A stretch of 32,000 nucleotides of DNA, taken from assembly GCA_964475825.1 (NCBI GenBank), contig CAYYXT010000003.1:96570-128569 (forward strand), in the 5' to 3' direction. Position 1 is the first letter of the stretch, and each line of letters opens with the position of its first letter. A model generated the notes under the pieces. That model was not told where the DNA came from and searched no databases. It saw nothing but the letters and a program-made list of their open reading frames with translations. This DNA is from an uncultured Nitrosopumilaceae archaeon (lineage in GTDB: Archaea > Thermoproteota > Nitrososphaeria > Nitrososphaerales > Nitrosopumilaceae). The position numbers were made by a program, and so were the translations under genes. Shown here piece by piece: positions 1 through 8,734 of the stretch.

Positions 1-919
1 CAAATTCTTTTCCAAATTTTTCTGTCCATCTTTTTTGATACTCTTCTAAATCTGACTTGTCTTTTGATTCTAAGAATTTTGAGATTGCTTGTCCTGCATA
101 CAGTCCTCCCATTCCACTAGAGTAAATTCCTCCAGCCGTAGTTGGTTTTGCTTGTCCTGCTGCGTCTCCAACTGTCACTATTTTTCCATCGATAAATTTG
201 TCAATTGGTCCTTTGATCCAAATGGGAGCATAAATTTTCCTAATTGTTGAATAATTTCCCCTTGTTTCAAGAAATTTTTCTATTGCTTCTACAACATTGA
301 TTCCTTTTCCTGCAACTCCTACCTTTCCTTTACCTTCATCCGATGGTATTATCCATGCAAAAAATCCTGGATACTTTTCTTGATCAAAAAACACTCCTAC
401 CTTTCCTTTCTTTATCCAATCTGCATAAATTTCGTATTGAGCAGATGATAAAATTCCTGTTCTATCTTTATGGATAAGAGATGACACTCCTCTTGCATCA
501 ACAAAAATCTGACATTCGATTTCTCCTTCACTTGTTCTTACTCCTTTATCTGTTAATTCTTGAAAACTAGTTCTTACTTTGATTGTAGCACCATTTTTTT
601 GGGCTTGATGTGCTATTTGTTTATCTAACTCTCTTCTACTAATCTCTGCAACTTTTTGTTTCTTTGAATTTATGGAAAAACTATTTCCGTTTGGTGCATG
701 AATTTCTGCAGACTCTATTAAATGATCAAAAGTTTTTCTAAATGGAACTATGCCAAGTTCTTCCAACCCTGCAGTACTGACCAATCCTCCACAGTGTTCA
801 GGCGTACCAATCTCATAATCTTCTTCTATGACAAGAACACTGTGATTATTGCTGGCAATTTCTCTTGCACAGATTAATCCTGCAACACTTCCGCCAGCAA
901 TTACTACATCCCAGTACAT
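1..919 (-). CDS. FAD-dependent geranylgeranyl reductase family oxidoreductase (C-terminus beyond window edge)
   Basis: Own translation of the minus strand from ATG (complement of 917-919): MYWDVVIAGGSVAGLICAREIA (GxGxxG FAD fold) ... VTVGDAAGQAKPTTAGGIY (GDAAG motif typical of GGR family). Frame stays open to position 1. Absent from the ORF track because it is truncated by the window edge. Confidence 0.8.
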   Translation of the reverse strand, partial: MYWDVVIAGGSVAGLICAREIASNNHSVLVIEEDYEIGTPEHCGGLVSTAGLEELGIVPFRKTFDHLIESAEIHAPNGNSFSINSKKQKVAEISRRELDKQIAHQAQKNGATIKVRTSFQELTDKGVRTSEGEIECQIFVDARGVSSLIHKDRTGILSSAQYEIYADWIKKGKVGVFFDQEKYPGFFAWIIPSDEGKGKVGVAGKGINVVEAIEKFLETRGNYSTIRKIYAPIWIKGPIDKFIDGKIVTVGDAAGQAKPTTAGGIYSSGMGGLYAGQAISKFLESKDKSDLEEYQKRWTEKFGKEF

Positions 920-1085
920 AGATTTTGTTTCTTTGTCAATTATTTAATTCAATTATTTAGTGCACGATGGAGATATACGCACCACTTTCCTATACAATAC
1001 ATGAAAGAAAGGTCAATTGTCCGCTTTGAGCTATCTCTTTTCCACAAATAAGACAAAATGTCAATAATTCTCTAAATTTTGTATT

Positions 1086-1119
1086 AACTTAAGGATTTAG
1101 AGATAGAGACTAGAATCTA
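1086..1119 (-). promoter_or_regulatory. Conserved promoter-like element, copy A (AACTTAAGGATTTAGA...TAGAATCTA), followed on the minus strand by a TATA-like AATACAAAAT
   Basis: The 16-nt core is identical to 4131-4146. The extended match of about 34 nt needs one indel. In both copies the minus-sense element directly abuts an ATAYAAAAT box. Confidence 0.3.
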
Positions 1120-1246
1120 ATTTAATTTTATTATTTCGTCTTTAACTAAAAATTGAATTTTCAAGTATGTTTTCATAATCCAAATTCTTTTAAATTCAAA
1201 ATCAAATACGGTGAAAATTTAATGTACTTGTCTGAAAATCTAATGT

Positions 1247-2065
1247 GTGACACCTAGAAATTTTTTCATATTCAAAGCAGATGGAAGTAAAGTCAAATTT
1301 AACGCAAATAAAATTTTGAGTACTTGTATGCGAGCAGGGGCAAGCAGAAAGATTGCACAAAGAATTTTGAAAAAAGTGCGTTTGGATGTTTACCGTGATA
1401 TGGGAACTAGTGATATTTACAAATTGGTTTTACAAGCTATTTCAGAAGAAAAAGATGGAGGATTACATCAAAGATATCAGCTTAAGGAAGCAATTATGCG
1501 ACTTGGCCCTTCTGGATTTGTTTTTGAAAATTACGTAGCAGATTTACTGAAATATTATGATTTACAAGTTTCTGGAATTAGAGTGAATGTTAAAGGTAAA
1601 TGTGCTTTGCATGAAATTGATCTGATTGGCATGTCTAATTCTGGACAATTTATGATAGAATGTAAGCATAATTCTCATCGCGGTACATATGTTGGACTTA
1701 AAGTAGCACTTTACACTCATGCGAGATTTTTAGATACGTCTCCTAGATTTTATGGTGAAATTATTTTTTGTAATACTAAAATATCTGAAAATGCAAAAAA
1801 ATACGCAAACTGCATTGGTCAGCAAGTTTTTTCTTGGAGATACCCATCAGAAAAAAGTCTCGAAAAGATTATTGAACAAAATAAATTATATCCTATCACT
1901 ATTCTGAATCTAACTTCAAAAGAATTAGGAATCTTTGCTGGTATTGGTATGATGATTGCAAAAGATCTTCTTGAATATGATGAAATTAAATTATCCAAAA
2001 AGACGGGTATTCATACAAAAAGAATACATAATTTACAAGCATTGATCAAAAAAATCTTACAATAA
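1247..2065 (+). CDS. ATP-cone domain protein fused to a restriction-endonuclease-like (Mrr-type) domain
   Basis: The N-terminus FIFKADGSKVKFNANKILSTCMRAG...IAQRILKKV fits the ATP-cone pattern. The central FENYVADLL...HEIDLIG...ECKH resembles a PD-(D/E)xK endonuclease core. GTG start. Confidence 0.6.
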   Translation: MTPRNFFIFKADGSKVKFNANKILSTCMRAGASRKIAQRILKKVRLDVYRDMGTSDIYKLVLQAISEEKDGGLHQRYQLKEAIMRLGPSGFVFENYVADLLKYYDLQVSGIRVNVKGKCALHEIDLIGMSNSGQFMIECKHNSHRGTYVGLKVALYTHARFLDTSPRFYGEIIFCNTKISENAKKYANCIGQQVFSWRYPSEKSLEKIIEQNKLYPITILNLTSKELGIFAGIGMMIAKDLLEYDEIKLSKKTGIHTKRIHNLQALIKKILQ

Positions 2066-2159
2066 TTATCTATATGTTATCCAAAAACTGATGATTGAGG
2101 TGTTAATACACCCTTGATTAATTCTTAAAATCCCTTAGTAATCATGTCTTTGAAAAAAA

Positions 2160-2588
2160 TTATTTTACTATGGTCACGGGAACTTTGGATTTATGCAAAA
2201 CAAAATTTGAAGTACTTCCCAAGAAAATCTCTCTCGCAAAACTAATTCCCCGAGATCCAATTACAATAAGATCAATCTTATTTCTTCTACCGTTTCCAAA
2301 AAGTACAATGTCATATCCTGCATTATTGCCAGGTATTACGGTTGCCTCAAATGATACTTGTTTACTTTTTGATTTCTCACTAGCAAGATCCATGAAAGAT
2401 TTTGTTTTCTTGGGCCACTTGTCTTCTTGGATTTTAATCGCATGTACAGCAGTAAAAAGACCAACATTAGTCATTACATGAAGGCCAACAACTGTGGCTT
2501 TACATTGTTTGGCTAATTCAATTGCCTTGTCCAGTGCTCTAAAGGAATTTTTTGATCCATCAAGTGGAACAAGTATTCTTTTGTACAT
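2160..2588 (-). CDS. Universal stress protein (UspA family)
   Basis: MYKRILVPLDGSKNSFRALDKAIELAK ... DLIVIGSRG...FLGSTSNFVLHKSKVPVTIVK. Canonical USP N-terminal and C-terminal ATP-binding motifs. Confidence 0.85.
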   Translation of the reverse strand: MYKRILVPLDGSKNSFRALDKAIELAKQCKATVVGLHVMTNVGLFTAVHAIKIQEDKWPKKTKSFMDLASEKSKSKQVSFEATVIPGNNAGYDIVLFGNGRRNKIDLIVIGSRGISFAREIFLGSTSNFVLHKSKVPVTIVK

Positions 2589-2610
2589 GTTTTACTTTGA
2601 TAGGAAATGA

Positions 2611-3900
2611 CTATTTATCTCTAGATGATTTTCTATTAAAAATTACATAAAACAGTGCCCCTGCTGATATGATTGCAAGTCCTATCAACATAACTTCCAT
2701 TTCAAATTGAAATGCCATATACACTGAAATTCCTAATCCGAACATTGGTAAAATTGGAAACTTGCCAATATTGATAGGAACTCTGAATTTTCGTTCAATA
2801 TCTGGTTCTGTATATCGAAGAACAATCACAACCAAATTTACTGTTGCAAAAGTGATTACAACTGCAAAAACCGTAATGTTTGCTACAATTACAATATCGC
2901 CAATAAAAGAAAAACCAATAGATATTAGCATGATTACAATAATTGCCACCCACGGTGTTTTAGTTTTAGAATGAACTTTTGCAAGAATATCTGGAAATGA
3001 TTTTTCTCTTGCCATTCCATAAATCATTCTGGAGCCAGCTACAAGTGTAATCAAAATTGTATTTGTTATGGCAAAAAGTGCAATACCTAAAAATATTATG
3101 TGGCCTTGCATACCTAGTCCTCTTTTTGCCACATCTGCTAACGGTGCAGCTGATAAAGAGAGATCTTCCCAATTAATTACTCTAACTACCGCTAAAGAAA
3201 CCAGTACATAGATTATTCCTGATATCATAACTGACAAAATTATTGCTCTTGGGATCACCTTTTTGGGATTTCGTACTTCTTCTGCAACGTTTGCCATATC
3301 CTCAAATCCAATAAATGCAAAAAAAATCAATACAAATGCAATAATAATTCCTGTAAATCCAGTTGGACTTTCAAAATAATTAACTGATTCTGGTTCACTA
3401 ATGGTAAAACCAATTATAATAATTAGAATTAATCCAACTACTTCAATTATTGTAAAAACTGTATTTGTCCAAGATGATTCTTTGATGCCTATGAAATTTA
3501 TTATTGAGAGAATTCCTATCAGTACAATTGCAGATATTATTATTGGAATATTGAAAAATTCTGAAAAATAACCACCAAATCCCAAGGCAACAGTTGCCGC
3601 CATAATCATAGATGTAATTACCGTTAACCATCCAATAATAAAAGCAAAAAAATTATTTTTGAATGCATTCTTTACGAATGTATATTCTGCAGCTGCTTTA
3701 GGAAACATTGATGATAATTCTGCATAACTAAGTCCAGCAAACAATGCAACAACAGATCCTAAAACAAATGCAATCCATACAGAATTCCCGGCTAAACCTA
3801 TAGCTTCTCCTATTAATACATAAATTCCAGCTCCAAGAATTAGTCCTACCCCATACATAGTTAGATGGAAAAGTCCCATTCTACGCTTTAGTTCAAACAT
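2611..3900 (-). CDS. APC-superfamily amino acid permease
   Basis: 429 aa and highly hydrophobic with about 12 predicted TM segments. GAGIYVLIGEA and FPKAAAEYTF motifs are typical of APC transporters. Same strand as the USP gene, 22 nt upstream of it. Confidence 0.85.
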   Translation of the reverse strand: MFELKRRMGLFHLTMYGVGLILGAGIYVLIGEAIGLAGNSVWIAFVLGSVVALFAGLSYAELSSMFPKAAAEYTFVKNAFKNNFFAFIIGWLTVITSMIMAATVALGFGGYFSEFFNIPIIISAIVLIGILSIINFIGIKESSWTNTVFTIIEVVGLILIIIIGFTISEPESVNYFESPTGFTGIIIAFVLIFFAFIGFEDMANVAEEVRNPKKVIPRAIILSVMISGIIYVLVSLAVVRVINWEDLSLSAAPLADVAKRGLGMQGHIIFLGIALFAITNTILITLVAGSRMIYGMAREKSFPDILAKVHSKTKTPWVAIIVIMLISIGFSFIGDIVIVANITVFAVVITFATVNLVVIVLRYTEPDIERKFRVPINIGKFPILPMFGLGISVYMAFQFEMEVMLIGLAIISAGALFYVIFNRKSSRDK

Positions 3901-3965
3901 TTTAACACTCCAATAATTTGTAAAATAATATCATAATACATTGAATGCAAAAATTAGTGACCATA

Positions 3966-4109
3966 TTAGATCACGGTGTGCTTAGAACTCCAAACAAATA
4001 TCCGGTAACTACTGAAAGCACTTCTATCATCAGCATCGACTCTTTTTTCTAACTTCACTAATCTTCTTTCTTGCTGTTGTTCGTATTGTTTGTTAGTTAA
4101 TTTCGCCAT
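3966..4109 (-). CDS. Hypothetical 47-aa protein (MAKLTNKQYEQQQERRLVKLEKRVDADDRSAFSSYRIFVWSSKHTVI)
   Basis: ATG ORF found by own translation and below the track cutoff. The TATA-like box sits only about 15-20 nt upstream of the ATG, so translation from this ATG is doubtful. Confidence 0.2.
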   Translation of the reverse strand: MAKLTNKQYEQQQERRLVKLEKRVDADDRSAFSSYRIFVWSSKHTVI

Positions 4110-4130
4110 AAATTTTCTTGATTTTATATG

Positions 4131-4165
4131 AACTTAAGGATTTAGAAAAAAGAGTTTAGAATTTA
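4131..4165 (-). promoter_or_regulatory. Conserved promoter-like element, copy B (AACTTAAGGATTTAGA...TAGAATTTA), followed on the minus strand by CATATAAAAT
   Basis: See copy A at 1086-1119. Lies between the hsp20 stop and the small ORF at 3966-4109. Confidence 0.3.
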
Positions 4166-4184
4166 GAAAATAAAAAAGAGAAAT

Positions 4185-4691
4185 CTACTGTACAGATATA
4201 GATTTTTTCTTTTGTGTTTCAGTCGGTTTTGATTTTGGCAGTGTAATATCTAATATGCCATCAGCAAGTTTTGCAGTTACTTTGTCTGACAATATTTTCT
4301 CAGATAAAGGCAGAGATCGGTAATAAGATACTTGGCTTCGTTCTTTTCGAAGATAGTTCTTTTTCTTTTCTTCAGATTCTTCTTTATGTTCTGCAGATAT
4401 CTCTACATAGTTATCGGTCACATTCAGATTGACTTCACTTTTCTTTATTCCAGGAACATCCATTTTTACACGAAATTGATTCCCTTCATCTATAACATCG
4501 CATGATGCATGTGACATTTTTGGCATAGATATTGTTGGAAATGATGAAAATGCTTTTTCCATATCTTTGCGAAAATTTTCTATTGACCTGTCAATTTCTG
4601 TCCAGCTAGATACCCCAGATGGAGTAATTCCTGTACTTTTTTTTGGAACGTTTTTTGTTTCGACCATAACCAATTTTTCCATTGTTTGCAC
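4185..4691 (-). CDS. Small heat-shock protein, Hsp20/alpha-crystallin family
   Basis: Alpha-crystallin domain: DVIDEGNQFRVKMDVPGIKKSEVNLNVTDNYVEISAEHKEE...KLADGILDITLPK. Confidence 0.85.
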   Translation of the reverse strand: MQTMEKLVMVETKNVPKKSTGITPSGVSSWTEIDRSIENFRKDMEKAFSSFPTISMPKMSHASCDVIDEGNQFRVKMDVPGIKKSEVNLNVTDNYVEISAEHKEESEEKKKNYLRKERSQVSYYRSLPLSEKILSDKVTAKLADGILDITLPKSKPTETQKKKSISVQ

Positions 4692-4766
4692 TTAAAGTAT
4701 TAATAACATTTCCAATTATGATAATAATGCTTGTAAAATAATTACTTTGACTGTATTTTAACCAAA

Positions 4767-5426
4767 ATGAAAACTAATAAAAATTATCAACAAAGATTAG
4801 ATGATTTAATCATCATTATGAAAAAGTCAGGATTTCTTAATGACGATAAAGTAGAATCTGCCATTAGAAAAATGCCCAGATATGAATTTGTACCAACATC
4901 GCTTAAAGAAAAGGCATATGAAGACACCCCCCTATCCATAATGAAAAATCAAACAATATCTCAACCGTCAGTGGTGTCAAGAATGACTGAATGGCTAGAT
5001 ATCAGGGAAGGACAAAAAATTCTGGAGATTGGTAGCGGTTCAGGTTGGCAAACTGCCATTCTTTCCTACTTGGTAGGACATGGCAAAGTTTACTCTATTG
5101 AAAGACATTCAGAACTTGCAGAATTTGCAAAAAAAAATCTAGATAAATTAGGAATTAGTAATGTCAAAGTAATTTTAGGCGACGGTAAATTGGGGTTTCC
5201 AGAAGAATCTCCTTTTGATAGAATCATAATTACTGCCGCATGTAAAAAAGTTCCAGAATCATTACTTGAACAATTATCTGCAGATGGTTTGTTGATTGCA
5301 CCTGTGGGGGAATTTCCACAATCACTGGTTTTACTAAAAAAGACATCTCATGGAATTGTGGAAATTAAAAATCAACCAGGTTATGTGTTTGTGCCCCTTT
5401 TAGGGAAATTTGACAAAGAAAAATAG
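4767..5426 (+). CDS. pcm: Protein-L-isoaspartate O-methyltransferase
   Basis: MPRYEFVP...AYEDTPLSI..NQTISQPSVV...ILEIGSGSGWQTAIL (SAM-binding motif I)...DRIIITAA...LIAPVG. Full-length PCMT pattern. Confidence 0.9.
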   Translation: MKTNKNYQQRLDDLIIIMKKSGFLNDDKVESAIRKMPRYEFVPTSLKEKAYEDTPLSIMKNQTISQPSVVSRMTEWLDIREGQKILEIGSGSGWQTAILSYLVGHGKVYSIERHSELAEFAKKNLDKLGISNVKVILGDGKLGFPEESPFDRIIITAACKKVPESLLEQLSADGLLIAPVGEFPQSLVLLKKTSHGIVEIKNQPGYVFVPLLGKFDKEK

Positions 5427-5475
5427 AGTAATTTAGAGTATATGAATATCATATGCTCCAAATGTCAAAATCAGA

Positions 5476-5676
5476 TTATGCTATTGGATGTTTGCCTGAG
5501 ATCAATTCATTACAAAACTCGTGTATGTTTTGCAGGTTACTTTCAACTATTTCATTGATTTGATTTTTTTCCGCATCATGTAATTGCCCTACAATAGTGG
5601 GCTGTACAATGACTGCCTTGGGATCATTTACTGGTCTTCCAATCACATTATACATCCATACACATACTTCATCCAA
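5476..5676 (-). CDS. Hypothetical protein (66 aa, TTG start)
   Basis: ORF only. No recognisable motif. No in-frame ATG before residue 8. Confidence 0.3.
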   Translation of the reverse strand: MDEVCVWMYNVIGRPVNDPKAVIVQPTIVGQLHDAEKNQINEIVESNLQNIHEFCNELISGKHPIA

Positions 5677-6121
5677 ACCGGATACTTTGGTGTGTATTTC
5701 ATTGGCAATTTTAAAACATGATGAAATGTACGATTAATTTATCATTAAGTTATTTAGAACATCCAAAGGCGCACTCTAATTAATTTTTATCAGCGTTTTT
5801 TTGATATCAACACAAAGGATATAGAAAAGAGATCAAAGAAAAGTTGACTCAAATATATCGCCATTTAGGAAAGAACACGGAATACTTTCACCATCACCCC
5901 ATCTATGTATGAAGACATATTGGTGCCCATTACTTGCTGTCAAAAACAAATTACAGCTATAGAATTATTTCTGAAGTCGGGGGATGGAATAACATTGATG
6001 AATTAAAAGAGTTTGAGTAATAATGAATTTCAAACATATTTTGCCTTTAATGTCAATTGTGCTGATCTTCAATAAAGATGAGGTGACAGAATTATAGATA
6101 AGGAGTGACTAATCGTAGTAT

Positions 6122-6244
6122 ATGCAAATCAAGTGTGCTGACTGTGATTGTCTTCCATCTGAATGTAAAACAAGTAAAACCCCAAAAGAATGCCCTAACT
6201 GTTCTTGGGAAGAATGTTGTTGCTGGAATGCAATTAATTTTTAA
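6122..6244 (+). CDS. Cys-rich 40-aa mini-protein, metallothionein-like (MQIKCADCDCLPSECKTSKTPKECPNCSWEECCCWNAINF)
   Basis: Own translation gives an ATG ORF with 9 Cys in 40 residues (CxxCxC, CxxC, CCC). A TATA-like TTATAGATAA lies about 21-30 nt upstream of the ATG. The frame differs from track ORF 6105..6293. Confidence 0.45.
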   Translation: MQIKCADCDCLPSECKTSKTPKECPNCSWEECCCWNAINF

Positions 6245-6262
6245 TCTTTATCCTATTGGAAA

Positions 6263-6763
6263 TTATCTTGCTATAATTCCAATGTCCATGTGATTATTCA
6301 TCATAGACATCATTGACTTTCCTTGTAGTATGGCATGTGTATGCATTGTATAGTATCCTTTCTCAGTTGGTGTAAATTTCACTTGATATTGACCAGACCC
6401 AATGTTTTCTGCTTGAATCATTCTTCCCATCATATCCATCATGGACATTTTATCCATAGATGCCATTGGTGCACCGTCTTCTATGTGAAGAATCACATCG
6501 GCATTATCTAGAGGATTACTTTTTTTATCCGTTACAAGCAAAATAATTTTAGATTCTTCTCCAACCTTTGCAACCTGACTTGAAGTTGTTTTTATTATGA
6601 CATCTTGTGGAATTTTATTCATCATTGATTGGCACATACCCATCATTCCACCCATTTTATTTTGAGACATCATTGATTGACCAGATTCAGAATATGCAGA
6701 TAGATAGAATGTACCGCTAGTAGATACAATAATTGTAACTAGTATAATCATCAATATTTTCAT
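6263..6763 (-). CDS. Secreted/anchored methionine-rich protein with FixH/YtkA-like Ig-fold core, putative Cu(I) binder
   Basis: N-terminal signal/anchor. About 24 Met in 166 aa by my count, clustered as SMMSQNKMGGMMGMCQSMM, PMASMDKMSMMDMMGRM and KSMMSMMNNHM. The core LLVTDKKSNPLDNADVILHIEDG...GSGQYQVKFTPTEKGYYTMHTH resembles YtkA/FixH-type domains. Confidence 0.75.
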   Translation of the reverse strand: MKILMIILVTIIVSTSGTFYLSAYSESGQSMMSQNKMGGMMGMCQSMMNKIPQDVIIKTTSSQVAKVGEESKIILLVTDKKSNPLDNADVILHIEDGAPMASMDKMSMMDMMGRMIQAENIGSGQYQVKFTPTEKGYYTMHTHAILQGKSMMSMMNNHMDIGIIAR

Positions 6764-6804
6764 TTCACTTTCTAATTGTATTTTCTATATATCAATATGG
6801 TATG

Positions 6805-6816
6805 TTACAATTGTAA
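6805..6816. promoter_or_regulatory. Palindromic operator TTACAATTGTAA (perfect) between the divergent Met-rich gene and dsbA-like 1
   Basis: Exact 12-bp palindrome. It lies 41 nt from the minus-strand ATG (6763) and 57 nt from the plus-strand TTG (6874). TATA-like boxes follow on both sides. Confidence 0.7.
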
Positions 6817-6873
6817 AGTATCATAAATAAATATACTAAATAAAAAACATCATCATTAAGGAGACAATGATTT

Positions 6874-7653
6874 TTGGACATAGAAAAAACACCAGATACT
6901 ACAAATGTAATTATAAAAAAATCCACTTTTAATAAATTAATTATTGGTGGGGTAGCAATTGCAATCATCTCTGCATTTTTTGGAGGTTATTTTGTTGGAG
7001 TAAACAGCATAGAGCCAGAACAAATCTACATTCGTAATGCAGAAGATGTTTTAGGCACAACTGAAAACAAGCAAGCAACTAAACCTCAAACTGTTTTGGC
7101 TTCAATAGACGATGATCCAATGATGGGAAATCTAAATGCCCAGATAACAATTATAGAATTTTCTGACTTTCAGTGTCCATTCTGTAAAAGATTCCATAGT
7201 GACACTCTTCCTCTAGTTCAAACAAATTACATTGATACAGGTAAAGTTAGGTTTGTTTATCGAGATTTTCCAATCCAAAGTATCCACCCTAATGCAATGC
7301 CAGCTGCACTTGCAACAGAATGTGCAGACGACCAAGGAAAGTTTTGGCCATACCACGATAAGATATTCCAGAATCAGGGCCAATGGAAAGATCTTGAATT
7401 GATACAAGCAGTAAATTTATTCAAACAATATGCTAGCGAATTACAGTTAAACGAAGATGAGTTTGGAACTTGTTTGGATTCAGGTAAATATCTTGATGAA
7501 GTAAATAATGATCTTCAAGATGGACAAGATTATGGCATTGAAGGCACGCCTGGATTTTTCATAGGAAATGATGAACTAGGTTATACCAAAGTTTCAGGAG
7601 CAAAACCCTATCAATCTTTCCAAACAGTTCTTGATGAGGCACTTGCAAAATGA
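6874..7653 (+). CDS. DsbA-family thiol:disulfide oxidoreductase, membrane-anchored (paralog 1)
   Basis: N-terminal TM anchor and thioredoxin fold with active site FQCPFCKRF. TTG is the first possible start after an in-frame stop. Paralog of 13460..14254. Confidence 0.85.
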   Translation: MDIEKTPDTTNVIIKKSTFNKLIIGGVAIAIISAFFGGYFVGVNSIEPEQIYIRNAEDVLGTTENKQATKPQTVLASIDDDPMMGNLNAQITIIEFSDFQCPFCKRFHSDTLPLVQTNYIDTGKVRFVYRDFPIQSIHPNAMPAALATECADDQGKFWPYHDKIFQNQGQWKDLELIQAVNLFKQYASELQLNEDEFGTCLDSGKYLDEVNNDLQDGQDYGIEGTPGFFIGNDELGYTKVSGAKPYQSFQTVLDEALAK

Positions 7654-7663
7654 GAGATAATCT

Positions 7664-7675
7664 TTACAATTGTAA
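7664..7675. promoter_or_regulatory. Palindromic operator TTACAATTGTAA (perfect) upstream of the BNR-propeller gene
   Basis: Exact match, 41 nt upstream of ATG 7717, followed by TTCTTTAATACA. Confidence 0.7.
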
Positions 7676-7716
7676 TCTATTGTTCTTTAATACATCACCA
7701 ACTTGGAATTGATTAG

Positions 7717-8703
7717 ATGAAAAAATTGCGATCATCAAAATCAAAAAATAAAAAATATGTATTACTTGGAATAGTATCTATCGTAGTCATTGGAGTTATT
7801 GTAAGTTATACGTCAAGTTCGCAAAATAATACGAGTGATCCAAAATCTAAACTCCTAGGATCCTGGATGGACGTACATGGTGTTGGTATGTTTCTTTCAG
7901 GAACTGATGACACGTTATATCTTGCAACCCACAACGGTCTATTCAAAAAAGAGTCAGACGGATGGAAACGAATAGGACAAGATACCGCAGACCTTATGGG
8001 TTTTTCTATTAATTCTAATGACGGAATAATGTACTCTAGTGGACACCCAGCTGCAATGAATGGTAACCTTGGTTTTAGGGTTAGTACTGATAAAGGAAAT
8101 TCATGGACAATGATTTCCAAAGTAAAAGAAAAACCAGTGGACTTTCACGCAATGACTGCAAGTTCAGCACAAAAAGGTTTGATTTACGGCTCACCTGGAG
8201 GAGGTTCTGAACTTTTTGTAACTGTGGATGAAGGTGCATCATGGAAATCACTTACTCCGCCAGACAGAATTATTTCACTTGCTGCAGATCCACTAAATCA
8301 AGACACAGTATACGCAGGAACAGTTTCTGGACTATATGTTAGTGATGACAAAGGACAACAATGGAAGCATGTTGATTCAAGTATAGAAAACGGTGCAATA
8401 ACGGGAATAGGATTTTCATCAGATGGAAAAACTATGTATATATTTTCAACATTAGATGGAAATGGATTAATTGCAATTTCCATTGATGGTGGAAGTACAA
8501 TGGTAAAAACGCAAGGTCAAATTACCAATACAGGAGCCGTGTTTAACTTTGCTCCAGGACGAAATGGAGAAATGTATGCGATAGCAATGGAAAAAGTCTC
8601 AAGTGGCATGGCTGCAAGTGTCTATATGACAAATGATGGGGGAATTACATGGATTCTAGAAGGCACCAATAATTCTGAATTGGCCATGACTAACAATACC
8701 TAA
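7717..8703 (+). CDS. Membrane-anchored BNR/Asp-box repeat beta-propeller protein (sialidase/Ycf48-like fold)
   Basis: N-terminal anchor. Four SxDxGxxW Asp-boxes: STDKGNSW, TVDEGASW, SDDKGQQW, TNDGGITW. Confidence 0.75.
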   Translation: MKKLRSSKSKNKKYVLLGIVSIVVIGVIVSYTSSSQNNTSDPKSKLLGSWMDVHGVGMFLSGTDDTLYLATHNGLFKKESDGWKRIGQDTADLMGFSINSNDGIMYSSGHPAAMNGNLGFRVSTDKGNSWTMISKVKEKPVDFHAMTASSAQKGLIYGSPGGGSELFVTVDEGASWKSLTPPDRIISLAADPLNQDTVYAGTVSGLYVSDDKGQQWKHVDSSIENGAITGIGFSSDGKTMYIFSTLDGNGLIAISIDGGSTMVKTQGQITNTGAVFNFAPGRNGEMYAIAMEKVSSGMAASVYMTNDGGITWILEGTNNSELAMTNNT

Positions 8704-8734
8704 GTTAACAAAAAGGAAGTCTATTGGATTAGTT

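Noticed and set aside
6105-6293. Track ORF (62 aa, + strand, non-ATG start)
   Set aside because: It overlaps the 3' end of the Met-rich gene and has no motif. The alternative frame with ATG 6122 gives a structured Cys-rich peptide with a correctly placed TATA box.
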